Shown here piece after piece: positions 40,400 through 49,236 of a DNA stretch of 64,000 bases. Numbering within the stretch: position 1 is the stretch's first letter; each line of letters starts with the position of its first letter. Below the pieces are notes generated by a model. The model did not search any database and was not told where the DNA came from. It saw nothing but the letters and a program-made list of their open reading frames with translations. The stretch is from Chitinophaga pinensis (GTDB lineage: Bacteria; Bacteroidota; Bacteroidia; Chitinophagales; Chitinophagaceae), in the NCBI GenBank assembly GCA_943333125.1, contig CALQSB010000002.1, forward strand, positions 44,295-108,294. The letters run 5' to 3'. The position numbers and the translations under genes were made by a program.

Positions 40400-41140
40400 A
40401 TGTTTTCAATTTTTAAAAAAAATAAGGAGAGTGAAACTGTAAACTATTTTCCGTTTACAACAGATATTCATTCGCACATTCTCCCTGGCATTGACGATGG
40501 CTCTCCTGATGTGGCAACCTCTATTATGCTGATTAAAGGACTGATGTCTCTCGGAGTAAAAAATTCTATTGCTACACCTCATATCATCGGCGATCTGTAT
40601 AGGAATAATCCCGAGACTATAAATAATGCATTACAAATTTTAAAACAAGAATTAAAAATTCAGCAAATTGATTTTGAAGTAAGAGCGGCTGCTGAATATA
40701 TGCTGGACAGTTATTTTTTTGAATTAATAAATAGTGATCAAAAATTATTGACGCTGAAAGACAATATCATACTCACTGAATTTTCTTATGCTTCAATGCC
40801 TGATGATCCTGGTAAATTTTCATTCGCCATACAAATGGCTGGGTATTCACCAATACTTGCTCATCCTGAAAGATATCCATACTACTATGATAATTATAAA
40901 ATGTATCACCGCCTTGCAGATTTGGGCTTCATGCTTCAATTGAATCTTCTTTCTCTTACGGGTTACTATGGAAAAGAAGCCGCCAAAGCCGCAGATTATA
41001 TGCTAAAAAACGAATTAGTCTCTTTTGTAGGTTCGGATATGCATCACGAAAGACATCTGGCAATGCTGTCTGAATCCAGATCTAAAGCAAGCTTTAATAA
41101 ATTCCTTTCTCACCGCAACTGGAATGATTTTCTGGAGTAG
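40400..41140 (+). CDS. PHP-family protein-tyrosine phosphatase (CpsB/CapC/YwqE type), partner of Wzc
   Basis: DIHSHILPGIDDGS, ATPH, AEY, AHPERY, SDMHH. Confidence 0.92.
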   Translation: MFSIFKKNKESETVNYFPFTTDIHSHILPGIDDGSPDVATSIMLIKGLMSLGVKNSIATPHIIGDLYRNNPETINNALQILKQELKIQQIDFEVRAAAEYMLDSYFFELINSDQKLLTLKDNIILTEFSYASMPDDPGKFSFAIQMAGYSPILAHPERYPYYYDNYKMYHRLADLGFMLQLNLLSLTGYYGKEAAKAADYMLKNELVSFVGSDMHHERHLAMLSESRSKASFNKFLSHRNWNDFLE

Positions 41141-41179
41141 CTAAAAAAGTTCCCAAGGTTTAAGTTGTTGAAAAGGGAA

Positions 41180-42448
41180 TCATATGCTCCAGTCGATAAT
41201 CTTATTTTCCCACTCCTTATTAAAAACGGCGGCAATTTTTATATAATTGTCTGTATAGCCTTCCATCATTCCGTTTTTATTTTCTCCTTCAAATAAAACT
41301 TTTCTTGTCTGACCAATATGCTTATTGGTAAATTCCTGTGTTTTGCGATAGCTGATATTTCTTAGAATTTTATTTCTTTCATTCCTGATAGGAATCGGAA
41401 CAACGGGTTTAATTTCCAAAGCCTGCGTATGATCTCTTTCTGAATAAGTAAAAACATGTAAATAAGAAATGTCAAGAGATTCAATAAACATCGCCGATTC
41501 ATTAAAGTCGTCTTCTGTTTCTCCGGGAAATCCCACGATTACATCTGCGCCTATACAGGCATGAGGCATCAATAATTTAATTAACTCCACTCGCTCTTTG
41601 TATAGTTCTCTTTTATAACGCCTGCGCATATTGGCCAGTGTTTTATTAGAACCGCTTTGCAATGGGATATGAAAATGAGGCATGAATTTATTACTGTTGC
41701 TTACGAGTTCAATCATCTCATTGGTTAGGAGATTAGGCTCTATAGATGAAATTCTGATTCGTTCTATCGGAGATTCCATTTCCATGACTTTCATTAAATC
41801 AAGAAAATTCTCTTCATGTTTTTTCCCGCCGGTATTTCCCTTTCCAAAATCTCCAAGATTAATTCCAGTAAGTACAATTTCTTTAGCTCCGCCTGTAACA
41901 ATTTCTTCGATATTTTTCAACACATTGTTTACGCTATCACTTCTGCTTTTTCCTCTCGCCATAGGAATAGTACAAAAACTGCAATTATAATCGCAACCGT
42001 CCTGAACTTTTAAAAATATTCTTGTTCTTTCTTTTACCGAATATGTTGGGGTGAAAATATTCACCTCTTCAATATCGCAACTGCATATTTTCCCTGAATC
42101 ATTTTTCGTCAGGTCTTTGAGGTGTGTGGTAATATTAAATTTTTCAGCAGCACCCAGCACCAGATTTACGCCCGGAATAGAGGCGATTTCTTTTGGTTTT
42201 AATTGAGCATAACAACCCGTAATTACCACCATAGCCTCTGGTGCTTTTTTCTGAATTCTTCTTACCAGCTGACGGCATTCCTTATCCGCATTTTCTGTAA
42301 CGGAGCAGGTATTGATAACATATAAATCGGCCACTTCATCAAATTCTTTTTTGATAAAACCATCATTCTCCAGCATTCTGGAAATGGCAGTAGTTTCGCT
42401 GAAGTTTAGCTTGCATCCAAGTGTATGTAAGGCAACGGTCTTACTCAT
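41180..42448 (-). CDS. mtaB: tRNA t6A37 methylthiotransferase
   Basis: TLGCKLNFSET, INTCSVT, TGCYAQ, radical-SAM CDYNCSFC, LVRRIQK, C-terminal TRAM remnant GYTDNY. Confidence 0.95.
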   Translation of the reverse strand: MSKTVALHTLGCKLNFSETTAISRMLENDGFIKKEFDEVADLYVINTCSVTENADKECRQLVRRIQKKAPEAMVVITGCYAQLKPKEIASIPGVNLVLGAAEKFNITTHLKDLTKNDSGKICSCDIEEVNIFTPTYSVKERTRIFLKVQDGCDYNCSFCTIPMARGKSRSDSVNNVLKNIEEIVTGGAKEIVLTGINLGDFGKGNTGGKKHEENFLDLMKVMEMESPIERIRISSIEPNLLTNEMIELVSNSNKFMPHFHIPLQSGSNKTLANMRRRYKRELYKERVELIKLLMPHACIGADVIVGFPGETEDDFNESAMFIESLDISYLHVFTYSERDHTQALEIKPVVPIPIRNERNKILRNISYRKTQEFTNKHIGQTRKVLFEGENKNGMMEGYTDNYIKIAAVFNKEWENKIIDWSI

Positions 42449-42452
42449 GCGG

Positions 42453-42460
42453 CAAAATTA
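42453..42460 (-). promoter_or_regulatory. Bacteroidota sigma-A -7 box (TAATTTTG) for mtaB
   Basis: Exact TAnnTTTG, 4 nt upstream of the ATG. Confidence 0.75.
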
Positions 42461-42543
42461 CATTTTTTTAACCGGTTCTTTTTTAAATTTACCTAAGAAA
42501 AATGGGTTTAAATAATTAATTTCGAAGATTAAATCAGCCTAGT

Positions 42544-43167
42544 ATGAAAAGAATAGTTCTGGTGTGTTTGTTTTTTATTTCGTTCATTAATATATCATTG
42601 TCGCAGAAAAGTTTTATTGGCGTGGCTAAATACAAAATGAAAGTAGAAGGCGCTCTTAATAATAATACAGACAGTATGAAAGTTGTTTTTGGTAAGGATA
42701 AAATCATGACTATATTCTATCTCCCTGCTGCGGAAAATTCAGACAAGCCAAAAGAAAGTATTTATATAGATGATTTCGCATCAAATACAACTACTGAGAT
42801 TAATAAAGAGACAATGACTTATTCTGTTACCCCTTTAAATAATAAAGAGGAATATCAGTTTATGAAAACCAATAAATTCAACGCCGTTCAGAATAATATT
42901 TGTATTACTTATTTGGTAGATTCCACGAAAATGGACAGAGAAAAATACAAGAAGATTTATTGTCTGGCAAGTGTTGATTACAGTTACTACGAAAAAACTA
43001 ATTACTTTTTTTATGGGGTACAGCCTATAATTATTGATAACCGAATAGTATTTGATTATACCATCGAACAAAAAGACGGGCAAAAGCCTAAAGTGTTTCT
43101 TTACGATATTCAAAAAATGGATGATGTGGAATCTTATTTCAGTTTGTGGGGTTACAAATTAAAATAG
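42544..43167 (+). CDS. Secreted hypothetical protein
   Basis: Signal peptide ending SLS|Q; 207-aa ORF; no family confidently recognised. Confidence 0.7.
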   Translation: MKRIVLVCLFFISFINISLSQKSFIGVAKYKMKVEGALNNNTDSMKVVFGKDKIMTIFYLPAAENSDKPKESIYIDDFASNTTTEINKETMTYSVTPLNNKEEYQFMKTNKFNAVQNNICITYLVDSTKMDREKYKKIYCLASVDYSYYEKTNYFFYGVQPIIIDNRIVFDYTIEQKDGQKPKVFLYDIQKMDDVESYFSLWGYKLK

Positions 43168-43299
43168 AAATAATTTTAGAGCCATTCTTATTTTTCCCTA
43201 TCGATTACAAGATCTGAATATAATTATTTATTTAAAACTGATTAAATTCAGGGAATAGAATATTCGTTCAAAACCATTATTTTTATTAAAATTTATAAA

Positions 43300-44007
43300 A
43301 TGAAAGTTGCTTCACTGTTTCTCTTATTGATTACTTGTTTTTCTTGTCATTCACAAAATGCAAAATATCAACTGGATCCAAAATCTTTTCAGGAAAAAAT
43401 TTCTTCTATTCCAGGTGCGGTTGTTCTTGATGTAAGAACTCCTGATGAATTTTTTTCAGGTTCGATTGCGAATGCTCAAAACATTGATTTCAGAGACAAT
43501 TATTTTGACAAAAAAATAATCAATTTGGACACCTTAAAAACTTATTTTGTTTATTGTTTGTCTGGTGGAAGAAGCGGATCTGCCGCTGATTTTATGAGAA
43601 AGAATGGTTTCAAAAATGTGTACGAACTAAGTGGCGGAATGCTTGCCTGGAATAAAGTAAATCTTCCAGTTTCTAATAATGTCGGTCAGACCGAAATTTC
43701 GGATAAGATTTCTCCCGAACAGTTTCAGTTGATGATTAAATCAGACAAAGTGGTGCTTATTGATTTTTATGCACCCTGGTGTGGCCCCTGTAAACAGATG
43801 CTTCCATTATTAGAAGCGATTGCCAAAGAGTACCAAGGAAAGGCTACAATCATTCGCGTAAACATTGATGAAAATAAAAAACTAACACAACAGTTGAATA
43901 TTGATGAAATTCCTTTTTTCAAATTATATAATGATGGGAATGAAAAAGGAAATTATATCGGACAGCTGGATCGTGCTACTTTGGAAAGAATTTTAGGAAG
44001 TAAATAA
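43300..44007 (+). CDS. Exported rhodanese-thioredoxin fusion protein
   Basis: Signal/lipobox-like FSC; VLDVRTPDEF...YCLSGGRS rhodanese domain; DFYAPWCGPCK thioredoxin domain. Confidence 0.9.
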   Translation: MKVASLFLLLITCFSCHSQNAKYQLDPKSFQEKISSIPGAVVLDVRTPDEFFSGSIANAQNIDFRDNYFDKKIINLDTLKTYFVYCLSGGRSGSAADFMRKNGFKNVYELSGGMLAWNKVNLPVSNNVGQTEISDKISPEQFQLMIKSDKVVLIDFYAPWCGPCKQMLPLLEAIAKEYQGKATIIRVNIDENKKLTQQLNIDEIPFFKLYNDGNEKGNYIGQLDRATLERILGSK

Positions 44008-44065
44008 TTGCATTTACTTTACTATTAATTTCAGAACCTCATTTAAAATCAATAAACTAAAAAAA

Positions 44066-44608
44066 ATGGATCAACTTAATCTCGGTGTAGGCACAAGATT
44101 ACAACACACTCAGCATGGGCCTGGTGTTATTGTCGGTGTAAGATATGCAACGTATATCATTTCATTTATTAACGTGGGTATTAAAGAAATTGAAAAGACC
44201 GACATTGGACTTGATGAGATCATTCCTGAAAACATAACGGTGGAGCTGGAAACGGTTTCCGATGTTGAAAAATCATTGTTGAAAATATTGCGTATGTGGT
44301 CGGAAGTGAGCGAGATTGTGCCATTAGGCGACCGATGGAAAGGGGGCGTTATGTTATTACAACCAGCTGATAAATCACAAAAACCAAAAGAAATTCCTAT
44401 TGATATTTTCTTTCATAAAATTGTTATGCTGCGCGACAGATTAAGAGTTATGGAACAGCAAATAAATGCGCATAAGCTTCTTAGTGACGAAGATAAAGTT
44501 AATCTGCAACAATACGTAACACGTATTTACGGAACGCTTACTACCTTTAATGTGCTGTTTAAAAACAAAGAACAATGGTTTATTGGGGAAAAGGGTGGGG
44601 GAGATTAA
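44066..44608 (+). CDS. Conserved hypothetical protein
   Basis: 180-aa ORF: N-terminal SH3-like strand pattern, C-terminal IPIDIFFHKIVMLRDRLRV helix; no function recognised. Confidence 0.75.
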   Translation: MDQLNLGVGTRLQHTQHGPGVIVGVRYATYIISFINVGIKEIEKTDIGLDEIIPENITVELETVSDVEKSLLKILRMWSEVSEIVPLGDRWKGGVMLLQPADKSQKPKEIPIDIFFHKIVMLRDRLRVMEQQINAHKLLSDEDKVNLQQYVTRIYGTLTTFNVLFKNKEQWFIGEKGGGD

Positions 44609-45388
44609 TTAATTTATTTTTCTGAAAATTAATCGGGTGTCATTATTTAAATACAATACAAGTTTATTGTCGCTGAAATAATAATCAACCAGCTGCCCAT
44701 TGATATAATCATTCATAATTATAGCAGCCGTATTTTCTTTACAGGAGATGTTTAAAGAAGAGAACGGATAACATTGAATCCGGTTTCCTCTGACTTCAAT
44801 ATTGCAATCAAAAGTGCCGCATCCATTAAATCCATGCAATTTATTTTTTGTAAGATTGAAAATTAAAGAAGGAATACCATTCGGATAATTCAAGGCGAAT
44901 TGTTGCTCATTGTTTATGAAATCGAGAATCCAAAAGTCATTTAATTTATTGTTGTATAAAAAACTTCCGCATCCCTTATAAATCTTCTGTCCAATTTTAA
45001 TCTCAACTTTTTTATTGAAATTGTTTTTATTATTATTTAATTCGCATTTCTCTTCAAATAAATAAATATCCATCTGTTGCTTTCCTGATACCGCATGATA
45101 AGTTTCAATGCCTGTGTTTTTAATAGGAGGAACAGGCTTTGCGCTGACCTTCTCATTGTCTTTAGCAGTAAATTCAAAAGATTGATCAAAATCCATTTCC
45201 AGTTTCCAGCTTACCGGATTATCTCCATATGCTATAAAGTCAATGCCTTTTTTTTGTGAATCGGATGTTGATGAATCGGAGTAAGCTAATTTTTGCTGCG
45301 ACTTTATTATTTTTGATGAATTGCTTTTTGAAGAATTACAGGCATTCATTGAAAACAAAATCAATATGGGGAAGAATGAAAATCTCAA
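44609..45388 (-). CDS. META/HslJ-domain lipoprotein
   Basis: TTG start, lipobox-like NAC; C-terminal W.L...PSL.F......GFNGC META pattern. Confidence 0.72.
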   Translation of the reverse strand: MRFSFFPILILFSMNACNSSKSNSSKIIKSQQKLAYSDSSTSDSQKKGIDFIAYGDNPVSWKLEMDFDQSFEFTAKDNEKVSAKPVPPIKNTGIETYHAVSGKQQMDIYLFEEKCELNNNKNNFNKKVEIKIGQKIYKGCGSFLYNNKLNDFWILDFINNEQQFALNYPNGIPSLIFNLTKNKLHGFNGCGTFDCNIEVRGNRIQCYPFSSLNISCKENTAAIIMNDYINGQLVDYYFSDNKLVLYLNNDTRLIFRKIN

Positions 45389-45417
45389 TTTTTTAAAGAT
45401 TGTTTTTATATCGAAAT

Positions 45418-45444
45418 CAAAATCCGGGTTAAACCCAGATTTTG
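45418..45444. repeat. 27-bp near-perfect palindrome with a second half-copy at 45596-45612
   Basis: CAAAATCCGGGTT-A-AACCCAGATTTTG; CAAAATCAGGGTTAAAC at 45596 matches 45418-45434 at 16/17 positions. Confidence 0.7.
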
Positions 45445-45719
45445 CAATTGAAATCTATTACAAGAAAAAAATGCTGCAAAGACAAGCGTTTGCTTGATAT
45501 TTTGATCTCCACATAATTCATTATGCTTTCGTCCAAAATATCGGCTCAAACACCCGTCTTTATTGCCTTTTTACCTTTCATCACGATTCCAACTGCAAAA
45601 TCAGGGTTAAACAAATATAGTTTAACCACAACGGCATAATAATAGAGGATAAAAATAATTTAGGTTAAAATCAATATTTGCAACGAATAAACAGTGTTCT
45701 AAAATATGAAAAATCATCT

Positions 45720-47036
45720 TTAAACAACTCTGTTCAAATCAAAGTTTTCGAGTTCTTTGCTGACTGCATTTAGAAATGTAGATCCCATTGCGCCATCAAT
45801 TATTCGATGATCATAACTTAATGAAATGTACATCATGTGGCGAATGCCAATGGTATCTCCCTGAGGAGTCTCAATAACCATAGGCCTTTTTTTAATTGCA
45901 CCTACAGCCATGATAGCTACTTGAGGCTGATTGATGATTGGGGTTCCCATGATGCTTCCAAAAGTTCCTACATTGGTTAAAGTGAACGTTCCACCGGAAG
46001 TATCGTCTGGTTTTAATTTATTATTCCTTGCTGCATTGGCGAGTCCGTTTACTTGTTTTGTTAAGCCAACAAGATTCAACTGATCGGCATTTTTAATAAC
46101 CGGAACAATTAAATTTCCAGAAGGCAGTGCTGTTGCCATTCCAATATTCAAGTCTTTTTTTATAATAATCCTATCGCCATCAACAGAGCTGCTGAGCATT
46201 GGATATTTTTTTAAGCTTTTCACAATGGCTTCAATAAAAAGGGGAGTGAAGGTAATTTTCTCGCCTTCTCTTTTTTCGAATTCCTTTTTTATGCGCTCTC
46301 TCCATAATACAAGGTTGGTTACGTCGCACTCACAGAAACTAGTTACATGCGGACTGGTGTGTTTGCTGTCGACCATGTGTTTAGCAATCAGTTTACGCAA
46401 GCGATCCATTTCAATAATTTCAACATTTCCGCCACCCTGATAAGCAACAGGGCTTTCAGTTCTTGGCGCTGAAGTATTAATCACTGATACTTGTTGAATA
46501 TTTACAGGTGCAGGAGCAGGCGTCTTTCCTCTGTTGGATACATAAGCAAGAATATCTTTCTTACTTACTCTTCCATCTTGTCCGCTTCCAGGAATATTTT
46601 CAAGTTCGGCCATGCTGATACCTTCACTTTGTGCAATATTTAAAACAAGGGGAGAATAAAATCTCATACCATTACCGGAACCCGTATTTGGAACATTTGT
46701 GGTTAAAGGCTGGTAAGGAATTTCTTCTACAACTTTTGCTTCTTCAAATTCTTTCTTAGGAGATGGAGTTGATGCGGGAGTAACAGAAGCAACAGAAGTA
46801 GTTTTTATTTTAGCGATAACTGTTCCAATTGGAACCACATCGTTTTCTTTGTATAACAGGGCTTCAATAATACCTTCTGCTGTTGAAGGGACCTCGCTGT
46901 CCACTTTATCTGTAGCGATGTCGAGCAAGGTTTCATCCATTGCAACTTTATCACCGGGTTGTTTGTGCCATTTTAAAATAGTGGCTTCCATGATGCTTTC
47001 TCCCAGCTTTGGCATTATTAAGTCAACTAAACTCAT
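45720..47036 (-). CDS. 2-oxo-acid dehydrogenase E2 (dihydrolipoamide acyltransferase; probably the branched-chain complex)
   Basis: Lipoyl domain MPKLGESI...ATDKVDSEVP, E3-binding YSPLV...GSGQDGRVSKKD, catalytic SYDHRIIDG. Confidence 0.93.
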   Translation of the reverse strand: MSLVDLIMPKLGESIMEATILKWHKQPGDKVAMDETLLDIATDKVDSEVPSTAEGIIEALLYKENDVVPIGTVIAKIKTTSVASVTPASTPSPKKEFEEAKVVEEIPYQPLTTNVPNTGSGNGMRFYSPLVLNIAQSEGISMAELENIPGSGQDGRVSKKDILAYVSNRGKTPAPAPVNIQQVSVINTSAPRTESPVAYQGGGNVEIIEMDRLRKLIAKHMVDSKHTSPHVTSFCECDVTNLVLWRERIKKEFEKREGEKITFTPLFIEAIVKSLKKYPMLSSSVDGDRIIIKKDLNIGMATALPSGNLIVPVIKNADQLNLVGLTKQVNGLANAARNNKLKPDDTSGGTFTLTNVGTFGSIMGTPIINQPQVAIMAVGAIKKRPMVIETPQGDTIGIRHMMYISLSYDHRIIDGAMGSTFLNAVSKELENFDLNRVV

Positions 47037-47067
47037 ATTTCAGAAACTAATGGTGATTGAATAAAGG

Positions 47068-47075
47068 CAAATGTA
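47068..47075 (-). promoter_or_regulatory. Sigma-A -7 box (TACATTTG) for the E2 gene
   Basis: Exact TAnnTTTG 31 nt upstream of the ATG. Confidence 0.65.
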
Positions 47076-47232
47076 AGTAAAAAGGATTAGTTGAAAGGCT
47101 GTAGCAATCAATTTTAAGTGGCATATTTGATTTTTTCAATAAAGCATCAAAATCAGGAGCTTACTATTTTTTCAGTAGCAGTTTCATTGGTTAAAATGTA
47201 ACAATTGTATTTTTTTCTTTGAATATTTCAAA

Positions 47233-48486
47233 TTATTTCTTTTGCTGCAGAATGAATGACCTAAGCAGGTTCAACGCATTCATTGCCGTAAGCTGAATAT
47301 TTTTTTGTCTGTCGAATCTGAAATGAAATGGTTTAGTGATGATGTTTTCGTTATTGCCAACAGCTACCCAGACAGTACCTACCGGTTTGTCAACAGTTCC
47401 GCCATCAGGCCCCATAATGCCAGAAACGGCAATAGCGTAATTTGCTTTTAAATGATTCAATAAGCCTTTGGCCATTTCGGTAACCACTTCCTTACTTACG
47501 GCGCCGTAAGTGATTAATGTTTCATTTTTAACCTGCAGCATTTGTTCTTTTGCAGTGTACGAATAAGTGACCATGCTGCCTTCAAAATATGCAGACGATC
47601 CAGGAATGTTAGTGATTAAATGAGATATATAGCCGCCAGTACAACTTTCTGCTGTGGCTAAAGTTTCTTTACGGCTTAATAAAAGCTTGCCAACCACTTT
47701 TTCCAAAGGTTCATCTTCATTGGTAACGATATGATCTTTTACCAACTCCTGTAACTGGATAAAAAGATCATCAATTTCCTGATCGATTTTTATTTTGTCG
47801 ATACCCGAAGAGGTAAGCCTTAATCTTACAATGCCATAATTTGGCAAATACGCTAATTTGATATGAGCAGGTAAAGCTTCTTCAAAAGATTTTATCATAT
47901 CTGCAATCATAGATTCCCCAATTCCAAATGTAACTAATGTACGATGGGCGATATGTGCACATTCAAATATTTTCGTTAATGATGGAATAATATACTCATC
48001 CATCAGACCTTTCATTTCGTGAGGTACTCCAGGCATACTCACGAATATTTTCTTGTCTTTTTCAAACCACATGCAGGGCGCTGTTCCTCTTTTATTGATG
48101 ATGACCTTACAGGTATCGGGGACTTCTGCTTGTTTGCGGTTTCTTTCTGTCATCGGGCGTTTGAATACTTTTTCGAAAAGGTAAACAACATTATCAAGCG
48201 CTTCCTGACTGGTTACCATTGTTCCTTTGAAATATTCACAGAGTAAAGGTTTGGTAATATCATCGGCGGTAGGACCTAACCCACCTGTTATTAAAATGAT
48301 TTGGGAGTAGGTGGATTCTTCATCAAGTGCGCGCCAAATTTCATTCCAGTCGTCGCCTACAGCCACTCTTCTTTTTACTCTTATTCCGGCTTTGTTTAAT
48401 TGCTGGGCCATCCAGGCGCTATTGGTGTCTACAACCTGGCCTATGAGTAATTCATCGCCGATAGTAATTATGGAAACAGTTATCAT
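47233..48486 (-). CDS. cinA: CinA (MoCF/ADPR pyrophosphatase domain + NMN deamidase PncC)
   Basis: IGDELL.GQVVDTN, TGGLGPT.DD.T, LPGVP-like, TAESCTGG, GSS.YF, SGI.GP.GG. Confidence 0.95.
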   Translation of the reverse strand: MITVSIITIGDELLIGQVVDTNSAWMAQQLNKAGIRVKRRVAVGDDWNEIWRALDEESTYSQIILITGGLGPTADDITKPLLCEYFKGTMVTSQEALDNVVYLFEKVFKRPMTERNRKQAEVPDTCKVIINKRGTAPCMWFEKDKKIFVSMPGVPHEMKGLMDEYIIPSLTKIFECAHIAHRTLVTFGIGESMIADMIKSFEEALPAHIKLAYLPNYGIVRLRLTSSGIDKIKIDQEIDDLFIQLQELVKDHIVTNEDEPLEKVVGKLLLSRKETLATAESCTGGYISHLITNIPGSSAYFEGSMVTYSYTAKEQMLQVKNETLITYGAVSKEVVTEMAKGLLNHLKANYAIAVSGIMGPDGGTVDKPVGTVWVAVGNNENIITKPFHFRFDRQKNIQLTAMNALNLLRSFILQQKK

Positions 48487-48490
48487 TTTT

Positions 48491-48498
48491 CAAAAGTA
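48491..48498 (-). promoter_or_regulatory. Sigma-A -7 box (TACTTTTG) for cinA
   Basis: Exact TAnnTTTG, 4 nt upstream of the ATG. Confidence 0.75.
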
Positions 48499-48636
48499 AA
48501 TCTTTGTTGGATAGAATAAATGACAATATTGAACATGACAGATTTATTAATGTTTAAAAAAAGAAAACATTTTCATACGAGCAAATGATTTCTCAGCAAA
48601 GTCTCCTGCAAGGGACGTTGCGTAATTAATTAAAGT

Positions 48637-48667
48637 GCTGGATAAGCTGGATAAGCTGGATACTGGA
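48637..48667. repeat. 9-bp tandem repeat (GCTGGATAA)x~3.4
   Basis: gctggataa gctggataa gctggata ctgga in the cinA/DUF6526 divergent gap. Confidence 0.75.
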
Positions 48668-48716
48668 ATTACTAATTTATTTTCATTTAATTTGCATACT
48701 CATAAAACAAACAACA

Positions 48717-49160
48717 ATGAAAAAAGAAATAGTGCAGAATTTCAAGAATCACTCAAAAATGGCACCCAGAATTTATTACATTTCTATCCTCCTGGCATTG
48801 GTTGGATTTATTATGGCAATGTCTTATTGCAAAAATTTGATTACTGGCGGAAGTGGAATGTTATTACCAGCAGTTATCAGCGCTTTATGTTTTAGTGTCG
48901 TTTTTATTGGCTGGTTTTCCCGTGCCTTCGCATTAAAAGCTCAGGATCGCGCGATTAGAGCAGAAGAAAATCTTCGTCATTTTGCATTTGCAGGAAAATT
49001 ACTGGATAGTCGGTTGTCTATATCTCAAGTCATTGCATTGCGTTTTGCCTCTGATGAAGAATTTATTGAACTGGCAAAAAAAGCAGCGAACGAAAAGTTA
49101 TCCAATAAACAAATTAAAGAACTAATAAAAAATTGGAGAGGTGATCATTATAGAGTGTAA
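48717..49160 (+). CDS. DUF6526-like membrane protein
   Basis: QN..NH, two TM helices, QDRAIRAEENLRH, IALRFASDEE, IKNWRGDHYRV. Confidence 0.8.
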   Translation: MKKEIVQNFKNHSKMAPRIYYISILLALVGFIMAMSYCKNLITGGSGMLLPAVISALCFSVVFIGWFSRAFALKAQDRAIRAEENLRHFAFAGKLLDSRLSISQVIALRFASDEEFIELAKKAANEKLSNKQIKELIKNWRGDHYRV

Positions 49161-49173
49161 ACTTTATGTTAGT

Positions 49174-49230
49174 TGTTTATTGTTTGTTGTTTATGGTTGA
49201 ACAAACGAACTAAACAACAAACCATAAACA
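49174..49230. repeat. Imperfect palindrome built from ~7-bp units (TGTTTRT / ACAAACN)
   Basis: tgtttat tgtttgt tgtttat ggtt facing acaaacg aactaaac aacaaac cataaac. Confidence 0.65.
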
Positions 49231-49236
49231 TTAATT

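Noticed and set aside
48635-48895. 86-aa ORF beginning MLDKLDKLD
   Set aside because: Its start is created by the 9-bp tandem repeat and it overlaps the DUF6526 gene out of frame.
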